Assembly (NCBI GenBank): GCA_047602425.1
Contig: JASGHG010000001.1
Coordinates: forward strand, 1,408,001-1,472,000
From: Nibricoccus sp.
Lineage (GTDB): Bacteria > Verrucomicrobiota > Verrucomicrobiia > Opitutales > Opitutaceae
Direction of reading: 5' to 3'
DNA length: 64,000 bases
In this document: piece by piece, positions 28,932 to 38,247 of the stretch
How the letters are laid out: each line of letters begins with the position of its first letter
How positions within the stretch are numbered: the first letter of the stretch is position 1
Made by a program: the position numbers and the translations under genes
The notes under the pieces: model-generated
Told to the model about the DNA's origin: nothing
Databases searched by the model: none
The model's input: only the letters and a program-made list of their open reading frames with translations

Positions 28932-30017
28932 TTAAGCGGCGCCCAGTTCGCGCCAGACCGTTTCAACCAATGACGGATCGACGCCCGACTGCGTCGCTGC
29001 TTCGCCGAGTTTTTTCATGACGACGAAACGAAGCATGCCACCGCGGACTTTTTTGTCGCGCGCCATCGCGGCCATCAAAGCGGGAATAGGCAAAGACTCG
29101 CGCAGGCGGACCGGCAAGGCGTGCGCGGCGACAACCTGGTCGACCCGCGCAACATCCGATCCTCCGATAAATTTGAGCTTCGCCGACAGTCGCGCGGCCG
29201 CCGCCAAACCAATTGCCACCGCCTCACCGTGCAAATAAGTGCCGTATCCCGTGACTTGCTCGATCGCGTGGCCGAAGGTGTGTCCGAGATTGAGCAAGGC
29301 TCGGCCGCCCTCCTTTGCGAGTTCGCGCTCGTCGGCCTCGACGATACGGGCTTTGGCCGCGCAACAGGCGCGCACGACTGCCGCAAGCGCGGAACTTGTC
29401 ACGGTGAGCGGCTGGCGCTCGAGCTGTTCGAAGAGGGAATAATCACCAAGGAGTCCGTACTTGATCACCTCCGCCATGCCCGCGGCAAATTCGCGCGGCG
29501 GAAGCGTATCGAGCAATCCCGTTGCGATATAAACCGCCTTGGGCTGATGGAACGCGCCGACGAGGTTTTTGCCGGCTTTCAGATTGATACCGGTTTTGCC
29601 GCCCACCGAACTATCGACCATCGCCAGCAAAGTGGTCGGCACCTGGATAAAATCGATTCCGCGCAAATATGAAGCCGCGACAAACCCGGCGAGGTCGCCG
29701 ATCACACCGCCGCCGATCGCGAGAACCGCGCTGGTCCGGTCCACCCGTTGCTCCGCCAAAAAATCCAAGGCACGGGCGTATTCGCGCACGGATTTTGTTT
29801 CTTCACCGGCCTCAAAAAGCAGGGCCGGGGCGCCGCCAGTCATCGCAGCGAGCGCGGCTTTCTGTTTTTCAGCGACGTTGCGATCGCTCAAAACGACGAC
29901 TTTGCGGCCAGCCTGAGTTAATGCGTCGACGGCCGCACGAACCTGCACATTTAAATCGCGCCCAAAATGCAGGGAATAGCTACGTTCACCGAGATTTACG
30001 CCGAGGCTTTCGACCAT
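28932..30017 (-). CDS. aroB: 3-dehydroquinate synthase
   Basis: GGGVIGDLAGF, PTTLLAMVDSSVGGKTGIN, LNLGHTFGHAIE. Confidence 0.96.
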   Translation of the reverse strand: MVESLGVNLGERSYSLHFGRDLNVQVRAAVDALTQAGRKVVVLSDRNVAEKQKAALAAMTGGAPALLFEAGEETKSVREYARALDFLAEQRVDRTSAVLAIGGGVIGDLAGFVAASYLRGIDFIQVPTTLLAMVDSSVGGKTGINLKAGKNLVGAFHQPKAVYIATGLLDTLPPREFAAGMAEVIKYGLLGDYSLFEQLERQPLTVTSSALAAVVRACCAAKARIVEADERELAKEGGRALLNLGHTFGHAIEQVTGYGTYLHGEAVAIGLAAAARLSAKLKFIGGSDVARVDQVVAAHALPVRLRESLPIPALMAAMARDKKVRGGMLRFVVMKKLGEAATQSGVDPSLVETVWRELGAA

Positions 30018-30072
30018 GACGTGTTAAAATCCTTCGTCGTTAAATCGGTCAATCCTGCGGTTTTATATATTT

Positions 30073-30189
30073 ATTGAGATATAGTCTCAATCGTTAGCTT
30101 GACATGCGACTGTGTCTCAGTCGCTTTAGAGCCATTCTTATCGCTTAAACAGCAACTTCACTCTTTTCATAATGAGACTGCGTCCTATT
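30073..30189 (+). promoter_or_regulatory. Promoter with TTGACA (30099) and three Fur-like palindromic boxes
   Basis: ATTGAGATATAGTCTCAAT (30073), ATGCGACTGTGTCTCAG (30104), AATGAGACTGCGTCCTATT (30171) in AT-rich DNA upstream of a TonB receptor. Confidence 0.6.
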
Positions 30190-32436
30190 CTCTCTTTAAC
30201 CGCCCTCGCAACAGTGACTTCCTTGTCGTTGTTCTCCGCTGAAAAGACGGCGGATCTCGCACTCTATGCTGACGGCGCCGTTATCGCGCTCGACAAATTC
30301 GAAGTTGTCGGGACTCAAACCACGGCCGTCGATACCACCGTTCAAAAACTACCCACCACCGTCAAAGACACGCCCCGCAGCCTCAGCGTCATCGATTCCT
30401 CCCGGATGCGCGAGCAGGACTTTCAAGTTGGCTCTGACCTGTTGTTTTGGATTCCCGGCATCAACACCAATGGCGCCGTCCAAGAAAGCTACCACTTCTA
30501 CGCCCGTGGCTATCGCATGACGGCCAACGAATGGCGCGTCGATGGTTTTGCCGGCCGCATCATCGGTGGCAGCTATTCGCCCAACCTTTTTGGCTACGAA
30601 CAGGTCGTCGCGTTGAAAGGTCCCTCCGGCCTGCTTTACGGCAACGCTTCCTCGCCCGGCGGTCTCATCAATCTTATCACCAAAAAGCCCCAGGAGCAGA
30701 CTTCCATCAACATCGACACCCGCACGCGCACTTTCGCAGGCAAGGATTCTGGTTTCGGGGATCGTGTAAGCACCGAGGTCGAACTCGATGCCACCGGCAA
30801 AGTTACTAAAAACGGACGCCTTCTTTACCGTCTCCTCGGCAGCGTTGAACAAACCGCCCTCACGTACGACGGACAGACCGACGCCAACCAATTCTACCGC
30901 CTTTCCTTCACCTACAAACTCGATGCCGCCGGCCGCTTCCGTCTCACGCCGATGTTCGAATGGTCCGAGGAAACCCGTGCCGCGCGCAACGCCGTCATTT
31001 CTCCCGCTTCCTCACGCACCACCAATGACGGCCGCACCGACTACACCATCGCCGACGTCTCCCCGCGGGATATCAACCTCGCCGCCGGTCAACGCGTCGA
31101 CCGCAATCGCACCGCCGGTCTCGATCTGAACCTCGACTTCACTTCCGAATGGACCGCCGTCCTCAGCCTTCGCGACCATCAGCGTGACATGAACAACAAC
31201 GTTTGGAACATCCAGACCGGCACGCCCAATACCCTCACCCAAACCAACCTCGCAGATCCAAAAAGCTGGGTCGTCAGCCGCCGGCATGCCCGCAGCAAGA
31301 GCGATATCGGCACGTTCTCCTACGACGCCAATACCACGTACAAATTTCTCAACACGTCCTCCGTCAAAAGCCTTGTCCAACTCGGCCTCAACGGCCGCCA
31401 GACCGAGAATCAGGCATACACTTTCGTCACAAGCACCCTCGACCAGTCACCCATCAACATCTACACCGGCATCACCTCCAGTCCGCTTGTCGCCGTTGTT
31501 CCCGCCACGCCCACCCTCGGCAATCTGACCCGCACGGACGTCTGGAACGCCTACGCACAAAGCCAGACCGAGTTTTGGGACAAACTCATCGCCACCATTG
31601 GCGTCGGCCAGGCCAACGAAAAAACCCGCACGACCACAGCTGCTGGCGTCACCACGTTTTCACCGAAGCGCAATAGCGACCTCACGCCGAATGTCGGCCT
31701 CGTCTTCCGCGTGACAAAAGATGTGTCTCTCTACGCCAGCTATTCGAACAGCTACACGCTCGTTGACCCCGCTGCCGAAGATATTTCGGGCAATACCGGC
31801 AACTTCAAACCCACCGAGGGCGACAACTATGAAATCGGCTTCAAGGGCGATTTCTTCAAACGCCGTATTTCTGCGGGCGTCACCGCCTTTGTCACCGAAC
31901 TCAACAATGTCCTCGTCGCGTCCGCCGCTACCGAACTAAACCTAAAGAACAATCCATTCTACCGCCAGCTCGACACCGGCCGCAAATCCGAGGGCGTCGA
32001 AACCGAATTTGTTTTCCGCCCCCTTCCCCGTTGGGAAACCAGTGCGACTTACACTTACATCGACGCCTATAACCGCAATGCCGATGGGACTACTCCTCCT
32101 GCCGAGATGACCCCGCACCACGCTGTCAGCCTCTATTCGCGCTACACCTTCACCCACGGCCCTCTCGCAAAATGGTCCTGCCGCCTTGGCTACATCTGGC
32201 AGAGCGAACGCGTCGGGGGCTCCTCCTCGCCGACCGCCACCGCGCCCGATCCGCTCATCCTGCGCAGCTTTTACCGCATCGACGCTGGCGTCTCGCGCAA
32301 GTGGCAGCATTGGAACGTCGCCCTCAATATCGAGAATCTCACCGACAAATACTATCTGCTCTCCGGCGCCACCGGCGTCGCCATGAGCCCGGTCAGTCCA
32401 CGTTCCCTGGCCCTGCGCGTTGGTTATAGCTGGTAA
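30172..32436 (+). CDS. TonB-dependent (siderophore-type) receptor
   Basis: KDTPRSLSVI plug, LKGPSGLLYG..SPGGLINLITKKP, NIENLTDKYY, C-terminal PRSLALRVGYSW. Confidence 0.93.
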   Translation: MRLRPILSLTALATVTSLSLFSAEKTADLALYADGAVIALDKFEVVGTQTTAVDTTVQKLPTTVKDTPRSLSVIDSSRMREQDFQVGSDLLFWIPGINTNGAVQESYHFYARGYRMTANEWRVDGFAGRIIGGSYSPNLFGYEQVVALKGPSGLLYGNASSPGGLINLITKKPQEQTSINIDTRTRTFAGKDSGFGDRVSTEVELDATGKVTKNGRLLYRLLGSVEQTALTYDGQTDANQFYRLSFTYKLDAAGRFRLTPMFEWSEETRAARNAVISPASSRTTNDGRTDYTIADVSPRDINLAAGQRVDRNRTAGLDLNLDFTSEWTAVLSLRDHQRDMNNNVWNIQTGTPNTLTQTNLADPKSWVVSRRHARSKSDIGTFSYDANTTYKFLNTSSVKSLVQLGLNGRQTENQAYTFVTSTLDQSPINIYTGITSSPLVAVVPATPTLGNLTRTDVWNAYAQSQTEFWDKLIATIGVGQANEKTRTTTAAGVTTFSPKRNSDLTPNVGLVFRVTKDVSLYASYSNSYTLVDPAAEDISGNTGNFKPTEGDNYEIGFKGDFFKRRISAGVTAFVTELNNVLVASAATELNLKNNPFYRQLDTGRKSEGVETEFVFRPLPRWETSATYTYIDAYNRNADGTTPPAEMTPHHAVSLYSRYTFTHGPLAKWSCRLGYIWQSERVGGSSSPTATAPDPLILRSFYRIDAGVSRKWQHWNVALNIENLTDKYYLLSGATGVAMSPVSPRSLALRVGYSW

Positions 32437-32472
32437 AAGCCGGCCGGTCCGCGCAACTCCGTCTTCTCCTCC

Positions 32473-33834
32473 ATGCTTCGCAAAACGTTTTTTTGGCTCC
32501 ACCTCGCCGCCGGTCTCATCGCCGGCCTCGTCGTCGCCGTGATGTCTTTCACCGGTGCAGCCATTGCCTTCGAAAAAGAACTCGTTGCCTGGGCCGAAAG
32601 CGATGCCCGGCGCGTCACACCACTCGCGGAAATCTCAAATTCAAAATCTCAAAGCCCAAATCCTGAATCCGCTTCAGGCGCAGCACCTGACGCTCAAAAC
32701 CGCGAATCAAAAAGCGAGAATCAAAAATCTCAACGCGTCCCTCTCGCCGACCTGCTGGCCCGTGCGCGAGAAAAGGAACCCGAAACACGCCCCACCGCCA
32801 TAACTATTTCCGCCGATCCAGCTGCGGCTACCGCGATCACCTTCGGTCGCGACAACGTGTATTACGCCAATCCCTACACGGGCGAACTACGCAAACCCGC
32901 CAGCACGCGCATGCATGATTTTATCCATGTCATGGAACGCTGGCACCGCTTCCTCGGTTTCGCCGGCGAAAACTCGCGTCCCATCGGTAAAGCCGTCACT
33001 GGCGCCTGCAATCTCGCTTTTTTCTTCCTCGCCGTCAGCGGTCTCTACCTTTGGTGGCCGCGGAGTTGGTCGTGGCGCGGGCTCAAAGCCGTTGCGGTTT
33101 TCAACTTCCGCCTGCTCGGCAAAACCCGTGACTTCAATTGGCACAACTCCGTTGGCCTCTGGACTGCACCTTTCCTCATCGTGCTCACGCTCACCGCTGT
33201 GCCGATTTCCTACCGCTGGGGCAACAATCTCGTCTACCGTCTGACCGGAAACGAACCACCTGCTCAGGGCCAAGGCGCCGGGCCCGCCGCCACCGGACCC
33301 GCCGTAACCGTTCCAGCTCCCGAACCCGGCGCCCGGTCCCTCGGCAACGATGCGATTCTCGCGTCCGTACAAGCTGCCAATCCCGGCTGGACCGATATCA
33401 CTTTCCGTCTCGGCAATGCGCGCGGCATGGGCGGCAACCAACGCCGCGAAGGACAGCCTGCTGGCGAAAATCGTCCCGCGCCGTCTGAAACCTCGAATTC
33501 CAAAGCTCAAATTCCAAATTCGCCGGGCGAGCAACGTCCGCGCGGCCCGCAAGCCGTCAACGTCACTGTTCGCACCGCCGACCAGTGGCCGTTGTTTTCC
33601 ACGACCACGCTTTCGCTCGATCCGTTCACAGGCGCCGTCCTGAAAAAAGAAGTATTCGCGGACCAAAACGCCGGCCGCCGCCTCCGCTCGTGGACACGCT
33701 TCCTCCACACGGGCGAAGCGCTCGGTTTCATCGGCAAACTTCTCGCCACCTCCGCTTGCCTCGGCGCGCTCGTTCTCTGCTGGACCGGCTTCGCTCTTTC
33801 GTGGCGCCGTTTTTTCTCGCGCCGCAGCGCCTGA
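32473..33834 (+). CDS. PepSY-associated TM helix (iron-regulated membrane) protein
   Basis: FWLHL.AGL, NPYTGE, RWHR.L, SGLYLWWPR, WHNSVG, FLHTGE. Confidence 0.9.
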   Translation: MLRKTFFWLHLAAGLIAGLVVAVMSFTGAAIAFEKELVAWAESDARRVTPLAEISNSKSQSPNPESASGAAPDAQNRESKSENQKSQRVPLADLLARAREKEPETRPTAITISADPAAATAITFGRDNVYYANPYTGELRKPASTRMHDFIHVMERWHRFLGFAGENSRPIGKAVTGACNLAFFFLAVSGLYLWWPRSWSWRGLKAVAVFNFRLLGKTRDFNWHNSVGLWTAPFLIVLTLTAVPISYRWGNNLVYRLTGNEPPAQGQGAGPAATGPAVTVPAPEPGARSLGNDAILASVQAANPGWTDITFRLGNARGMGGNQRREGQPAGENRPAPSETSNSKAQIPNSPGEQRPRGPQAVNVTVRTADQWPLFSTTTLSLDPFTGAVLKKEVFADQNAGRRLRSWTRFLHTGEALGFIGKLLATSACLGALVLCWTGFALSWRRFFSRRSA

Positions 33835-33844
33835 CTTTCGCGCC

Positions 33845-34765
33845 GTGATTGTGGAGCCTCAAGCGGCCAACTTCGACGAACCACGTGATAAGTCTAACTA
33901 TCGCAGTCAGACTTTGCGCCCCGGCCTCTGGATGCATTGGGGGCTTACTGATGGAAATCCCCTTGCGATTCCTCTGACAAAAAACGACGCCGCGTTTTTC
34001 ACTTTTTTCCTCTGGGAAAATTGGAAATCCGAAGCCCAATTTTCTGAAAAGGAAAATGTTGCAGCGGCTTCATCTTCGCCGGGCCGCATGCTTTTTTTTA
34101 GCGCAGGGGTTACGCCTCCACACCATGCAGTTCAGTCAGCGGCCTTTCATGTTACTCTCATCGCGAATCAAAGTGTATTGAACGATCTGCTTGCGGACGA
34201 TGGGGCCGACAACTTTGCCCAAGTGCAGCTCCTGACTGCGCAAAACGAATCTCGCCCCCTCAAGCTCGATCTCAGTTCCGCGGCTCGTTTCAACCTCGAA
34301 TCCATCCGCCGCTGTCCTTTCGCCGGTGCGTGCCGGGAACTTGCGCTTGCCGCTCGCGGCCTCGATTTGCTCGCGAATTTCATCACCGCTCTCGATGAAG
34401 AGCGCCATCGGGCAATGCCGCTCCACAGCCCGCTCGATCACACCCTCGGGCAGGTCCGCGCCGCCGCAGCCCGCCTGCAGGCCAATCTCGAACACCCGCC
34501 TTCCCTCGCCGAACTCGCGGGCGCCGTCGGCTTGAGCGAATCGACTCTCAAACGCGGTTTTCACCAACTTTATCAAACCACGCCCTTCGGTTATCTCCGC
34601 GCCTGTCGGCTGGAGCATGCCCGGGAACTACTCGCCACCGGTAAAGCCACGGTGCTTGAGGCCGCAGCCTATGTCGGATACAGCAATCCCAGCAATTTCG
34701 CCGCCGCCTTTCGCACGCGGTTCGGGGTGAATCCGAAGACCTTTCAGATGTCGGCACGCCGTTGA
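33845..34765 (+). CDS. AraC-family regulator (PchR-like)
   Basis: PPSLAELAGAVGLSESTLKRGF, VGYSNPSNFAAAFRTRFG. Confidence 0.9.
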   Translation: MIVEPQAANFDEPRDKSNYRSQTLRPGLWMHWGLTDGNPLAIPLTKNDAAFFTFFLWENWKSEAQFSEKENVAAASSSPGRMLFFSAGVTPPHHAVQSAAFHVTLIANQSVLNDLLADDGADNFAQVQLLTAQNESRPLKLDLSSAARFNLESIRRCPFAGACRELALAARGLDLLANFITALDEERHRAMPLHSPLDHTLGQVRAAAARLQANLEHPPSLAELAGAVGLSESTLKRGFHQLYQTTPFGYLRACRLEHARELLATGKATVLEAAAYVGYSNPSNFAAAFRTRFGVNPKTFQMSARR

Positions 34766-34873
34766 GGAGATGAACCCTGACAGGTGGAAATTGATCCTGC
34801 CCGGGTGGAAATCTGCGGATCATATTTGCGATACTCGGGGTGAAAAAGGGAGCCTATCCAATCAACATCTGCC

Positions 34874-35206
34874 ATGTCCTCACGCATCATCCCGGTTTCG
34901 ACCGATGCCATTCACTGCGAAATCGTTTCGCCGACCGCCTCCTATGCCGCGGTGCTCGCCGAAGCCGCCGCAGCTTGCGCCAACGATCAGGAACTTCCCG
35001 TCCTCGTTCAAACGCTGCGCATTGGCTTGCGCGGATCGAAGCAAGGCCCCTCGCTCACCTTGCACCTTCCTCCGTCGCTCGGCGAGATGCAGCACCATGT
35101 CTGGTGCATGGCTTGCCAGCTTATCGCCGTCTGCCCGGGCGCCCGGGTCAGCGTGCTCATTCGCGGACGCAACGCCTATCTTCCGTCCACACCTTCCTTG
35201 TCGTGA
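34874..35206 (+). CDS. Hypothetical protein
   Basis: 110 aa ATG-initiated ORF co-oriented within the uptake cluster; no recognised motif. Confidence 0.5.
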   Translation: MSSRIIPVSTDAIHCEIVSPTASYAAVLAEAAAACANDQELPVLVQTLRIGLRGSKQGPSLTLHLPPSLGEMQHHVWCMACQLIAVCPGARVSVLIRGRNAYLPSTPSLS

Positions 35207-35469
35207 AAACGCAGGTCCAGGAAAACACCCTTTTTGCCTGCTGCGTCGTCGCCGCGCTCTGCGTTCTATTTTTGTTTCTCGCCTTGCTCTGAGCGAAACA
35301 AACCCGGCTGACCGCCAGCAGATGTTTTTTGACCGCGCCCGGGTGGAATCTCCGTACCCGATCATGGGATACTGGGCAGCTCTTCATGAAACGACGCCAC
35401 GCTTTAGTCCTGTTTAATGCCCCATCCACCTTTCTCATGATCGCCAATCGGAAACTTTAACCAGCCTTC

Positions 35470-36552
35470 ATGCGCAAGCGTCTCTGGCAAATCCATTCCT
35501 GGCTCGGCTTGATCACCGGCCTCGGGCTGCTCGTCATCGGTTTGACGGGCAGCCTGCTCGTTTTTCATGAAGAACTCGAAATGCTCGTAAATCCCGGCCT
35601 AGTCCGGGTCGAACCAACCGCCACCGGCCGCCTGCCGCTCGACACGCTGCTGGCCGAAGCCCAACGCCAGCTTCCCGATCACGAAATCACCGGCTGGCTT
35701 CCGCAATACGACGCGCCCCGGCTCGCGGACGTGCTCTACGTCATCCGCCACGGCGAAAACGAGTGGCTGGTCGCCACGCTCGATCCGTACACCGGCCGCT
35801 TGCTCGCCTCGCCGCGGCTCGGCACGCAGACATTGACGGGATGGCTGCTCGATTTGCACTACGAGTTTTTCGCCGGCAATACCGGGCTCTTCATTGCCGG
35901 GCTTTTCGCAGTCGCGCTCTGCCTGCTCGGCATCTCGGGCGTTTGGATCTATCGTGAGTTTTGGAAAAATTTCCTGACGCTGCGCTGGCGGCGGGGCGCG
36001 CGGCTTCTATTTTCCGATTTGCACAAGTTCGTCGGCATCAGTTCCGCCGCGTTTAACCTCCTGCTTGGCTTTACCGGAGCGTACTGGAATCTCACGCATG
36101 TAATCGGCCATTGGATTAATGGCGATCCGCCGCAGCCCCGGATCGAAAGCCGCCTCTATGCCGGCTCGCTCTCGCTCGACAGCCTTGCCCGCGACGCCGC
36201 CACGCGTTTTCCCGGTTTTCGTGCCAACTTTATTTCTCTTCCGAGCGATCCGGCCGCGCCGTCGCTCACGTTCTGGGGCACAAACGAACCACGCGGTCCA
36301 CTCACAAGCCCGTATGGCAGCATGGTCGTTTACGATCCCCAGACCAACGCGCATAAAGCCACGATTGATCTTCGCGCGGCCGGGCTTTGGAGACGCATCG
36401 TCGATACGTTCGCCCCTTTGCATTATGGCACTTTCGGCGGACTTCCGATAAAGATTCTCTGGTGTCTGGGCGGCCTCGCCCCGGGCATTCTCGCGGTGAG
36501 CGGTTTCGTCATCTGGAGACTGCGGAAAAATGTCCTGAACGCCCGCGCCTGA
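35470..36552 (+). CDS. PepSY-associated TM helix protein
   Basis: IHSWLGL, TGSLLVF, DPYTG, LHY, DLHKFVG, PLHYGTFGG. Confidence 0.9.
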   Translation: MRKRLWQIHSWLGLITGLGLLVIGLTGSLLVFHEELEMLVNPGLVRVEPTATGRLPLDTLLAEAQRQLPDHEITGWLPQYDAPRLADVLYVIRHGENEWLVATLDPYTGRLLASPRLGTQTLTGWLLDLHYEFFAGNTGLFIAGLFAVALCLLGISGVWIYREFWKNFLTLRWRRGARLLFSDLHKFVGISSAAFNLLLGFTGAYWNLTHVIGHWINGDPPQPRIESRLYAGSLSLDSLARDAATRFPGFRANFISLPSDPAAPSLTFWGTNEPRGPLTSPYGSMVVYDPQTNAHKATIDLRAAGLWRRIVDTFAPLHYGTFGGLPIKILWCLGGLAPGILAVSGFVIWRLRKNVLNARA

Positions 36553-36578
36553 CTCGGTTAATTTCCAAACGCGTTCGT

Positions 36579-37019
36579 TCAAATATCGATCACGTCGTCG
36601 CCTGAACTGCGCTTCGGCTGGCTTTCACCGCGAGGCGCACTCGGGCCCGGTCCGCGCGGAGGGCGGTTGCCGCGCAAAAGTTGGCTGACAATCATGTTGG
36701 TCACGCCCACCACGAGCGCGCCACCCAGCGCCGGCCAAAAGCCATCGACGACGAAACCTTCCACAATTTTTCCCACCAGATAAAAAAGCCCGGCATTGAT
36801 CACGATCAAACCCACGCCCAAGCTCAACACGATGAATGGCAGCGTGAAGAAAACCAGCAGCGGCTTCAGGATGGCGTTGAAAAACGTCAGCATTGCCACG
36901 ACACAAAAGAGCGTGAACGCACCATCGCAGCGAATCCCAGGAATAATCTTCGTCGACAGCGCCACGCCCAAGGCCAGCACCGACCAGCGCACGAACATTT
37001 GAAGCAACGGATGTTTCAT
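36579..37019 (-). CDS. 4-TM membrane protein, YvlD / phage-holin superfamily IV
   Basis: NAILKPLL.FFTLPFIVLSLG...VINA, GF.VDGFWPAL. Confidence 0.85.
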   Translation of the reverse strand: MKHPLLQMFVRWSVLALGVALSTKIIPGIRCDGAFTLFCVVAMLTFFNAILKPLLVFFTLPFIVLSLGVGLIVINAGLFYLVGKIVEGFVVDGFWPALGGALVVGVTNMIVSQLLRGNRPPRGPGPSAPRGESQPKRSSGDDVIDI

Positions 37020-37057
37020 CGAAGGCCTCAACTGTCACCCCTACGCCGCCCGGAGCA

Positions 37058-38140
37058 ATGAAAATTCTTATCGTTCAAGACCATCTCCGCAGTGGTGGCA
37101 CCGAGCGCCAATCCGTTCTTCTCGCCAATGCCTTCGCGGCCGCCGGCCATGCCGTCACGCTTCTCAACTTCCGTCCCGGCGGCGCCCTCGCCGATACCGC
37201 GGCGGCCACAGTCGGGCGAATCGTACTCCAACCATTCGATACCGGCATGGACTGGTTTGCGCCGGGGATTTTCCGCCAAGCTCGCCGCGCCCAACCCGAC
37301 ATCGTCCTTTGCATGGGCCGCATGGCCAATTGCTACGCCGGGGGATTGCAAAAACACCTGCCGAACACCGCTGTTCTTGCCACGATGCGCACGGGGAAAA
37401 AACTTCCGTGGCTTTTCCGCCGCTCGCTCCGCCTCGTTCGTGCTGTCGTCGCCAACAGCCACGAGGCCAAGGCCAATCTCATCGTCCACTACGGCGCCAC
37501 AGAGGAAAAAATCGCCGTTATCCATAATTCGCTGATTTTTCGCCCCACCCCAGCCGCTGAAGTTCGCGACCAGCTGCGCCGCCAACATGGCGCGACCGAA
37601 AAAACATTCGTGCTGCTCTGCGTCGCAATGTTTCGCCCGGAGAAGAATCAGCGCGAACTCGTCGAAATCGCCGCACAACTTCCGGCAACGTCGGACTGGC
37701 AACTCTGGCTTGCAGGCGACGGCGAAGCCCGCGCGGCCTGCGAGAGTCTGGCCAAGCAAAAAAATCTTGGCGCGCGGGTGAAATTTCTCGGCTGGCAACG
37801 CGACCCTTCATCGCTTTACGCCGCCGCAGACATCGCCGTGCATGCTTCGTGGAGCGAGGCGTTGTCGAATTTCCTGATCGAAGCCCAGGCTGCCGGCTTG
37901 CCCGTCGTCGCCTACAAAGCCCAGGGCATTGCCGAAAGCTGCCTGCCCGGCGAAACCGGTTTCATCCTTCCGCGCAACGATCGCGCTGCCTTCTGCGACA
38001 AACTCGCAGCCCTCGCCCACGCACCCGAAAACGAACGGGCGTCACGTTCGGAGCATGCCCGAGCTTACGCCCGCGAAACGTTCGACCACGATCGTCAGGT
38101 CGCGCGCTATCTGGCCCTTTTCGAGGACCTGCACAAATAA
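37058..38140 (+). CDS. Glycosyltransferase family 4
   Basis: GGTERQ, VANS, EKNQ, S..EALSNFLIEAQAAGLPVV. Confidence 0.9.
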   Translation: MKILIVQDHLRSGGTERQSVLLANAFAAAGHAVTLLNFRPGGALADTAAATVGRIVLQPFDTGMDWFAPGIFRQARRAQPDIVLCMGRMANCYAGGLQKHLPNTAVLATMRTGKKLPWLFRRSLRLVRAVVANSHEAKANLIVHYGATEEKIAVIHNSLIFRPTPAAEVRDQLRRQHGATEKTFVLLCVAMFRPEKNQRELVEIAAQLPATSDWQLWLAGDGEARAACESLAKQKNLGARVKFLGWQRDPSSLYAAADIAVHASWSEALSNFLIEAQAAGLPVVAYKAQGIAESCLPGETGFILPRNDRAAFCDKLAALAHAPENERASRSEHARAYARETFDHDRQVARYLALFEDLHK

Positions 38141-38247
38141 CCGCCGGGTTCAATCGTGTGTCTCCTGACACCGTTATGTCAGGAGACTTCCGTTCTCGTG
38201 AGCGCGCAGTTGAATTCCGCGCCAAACCGCGCATCTCTGTCGGCTCC

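Noticed and set aside
36579..37019. Prophage lysis gene
   Set aside because: This 4-TM family is a common chromosomal membrane protein and there are no neighbouring phage genes
37849..38247. N-terminal extension of UvrA given by the ORF track
   Set aside because: Overlaps the GT4 gene, and the ATG at 38176 lies in a perfect hairpin (GTCTCCTGACA..TGTCAGGAGAC); UvrA homology begins near IRLRG
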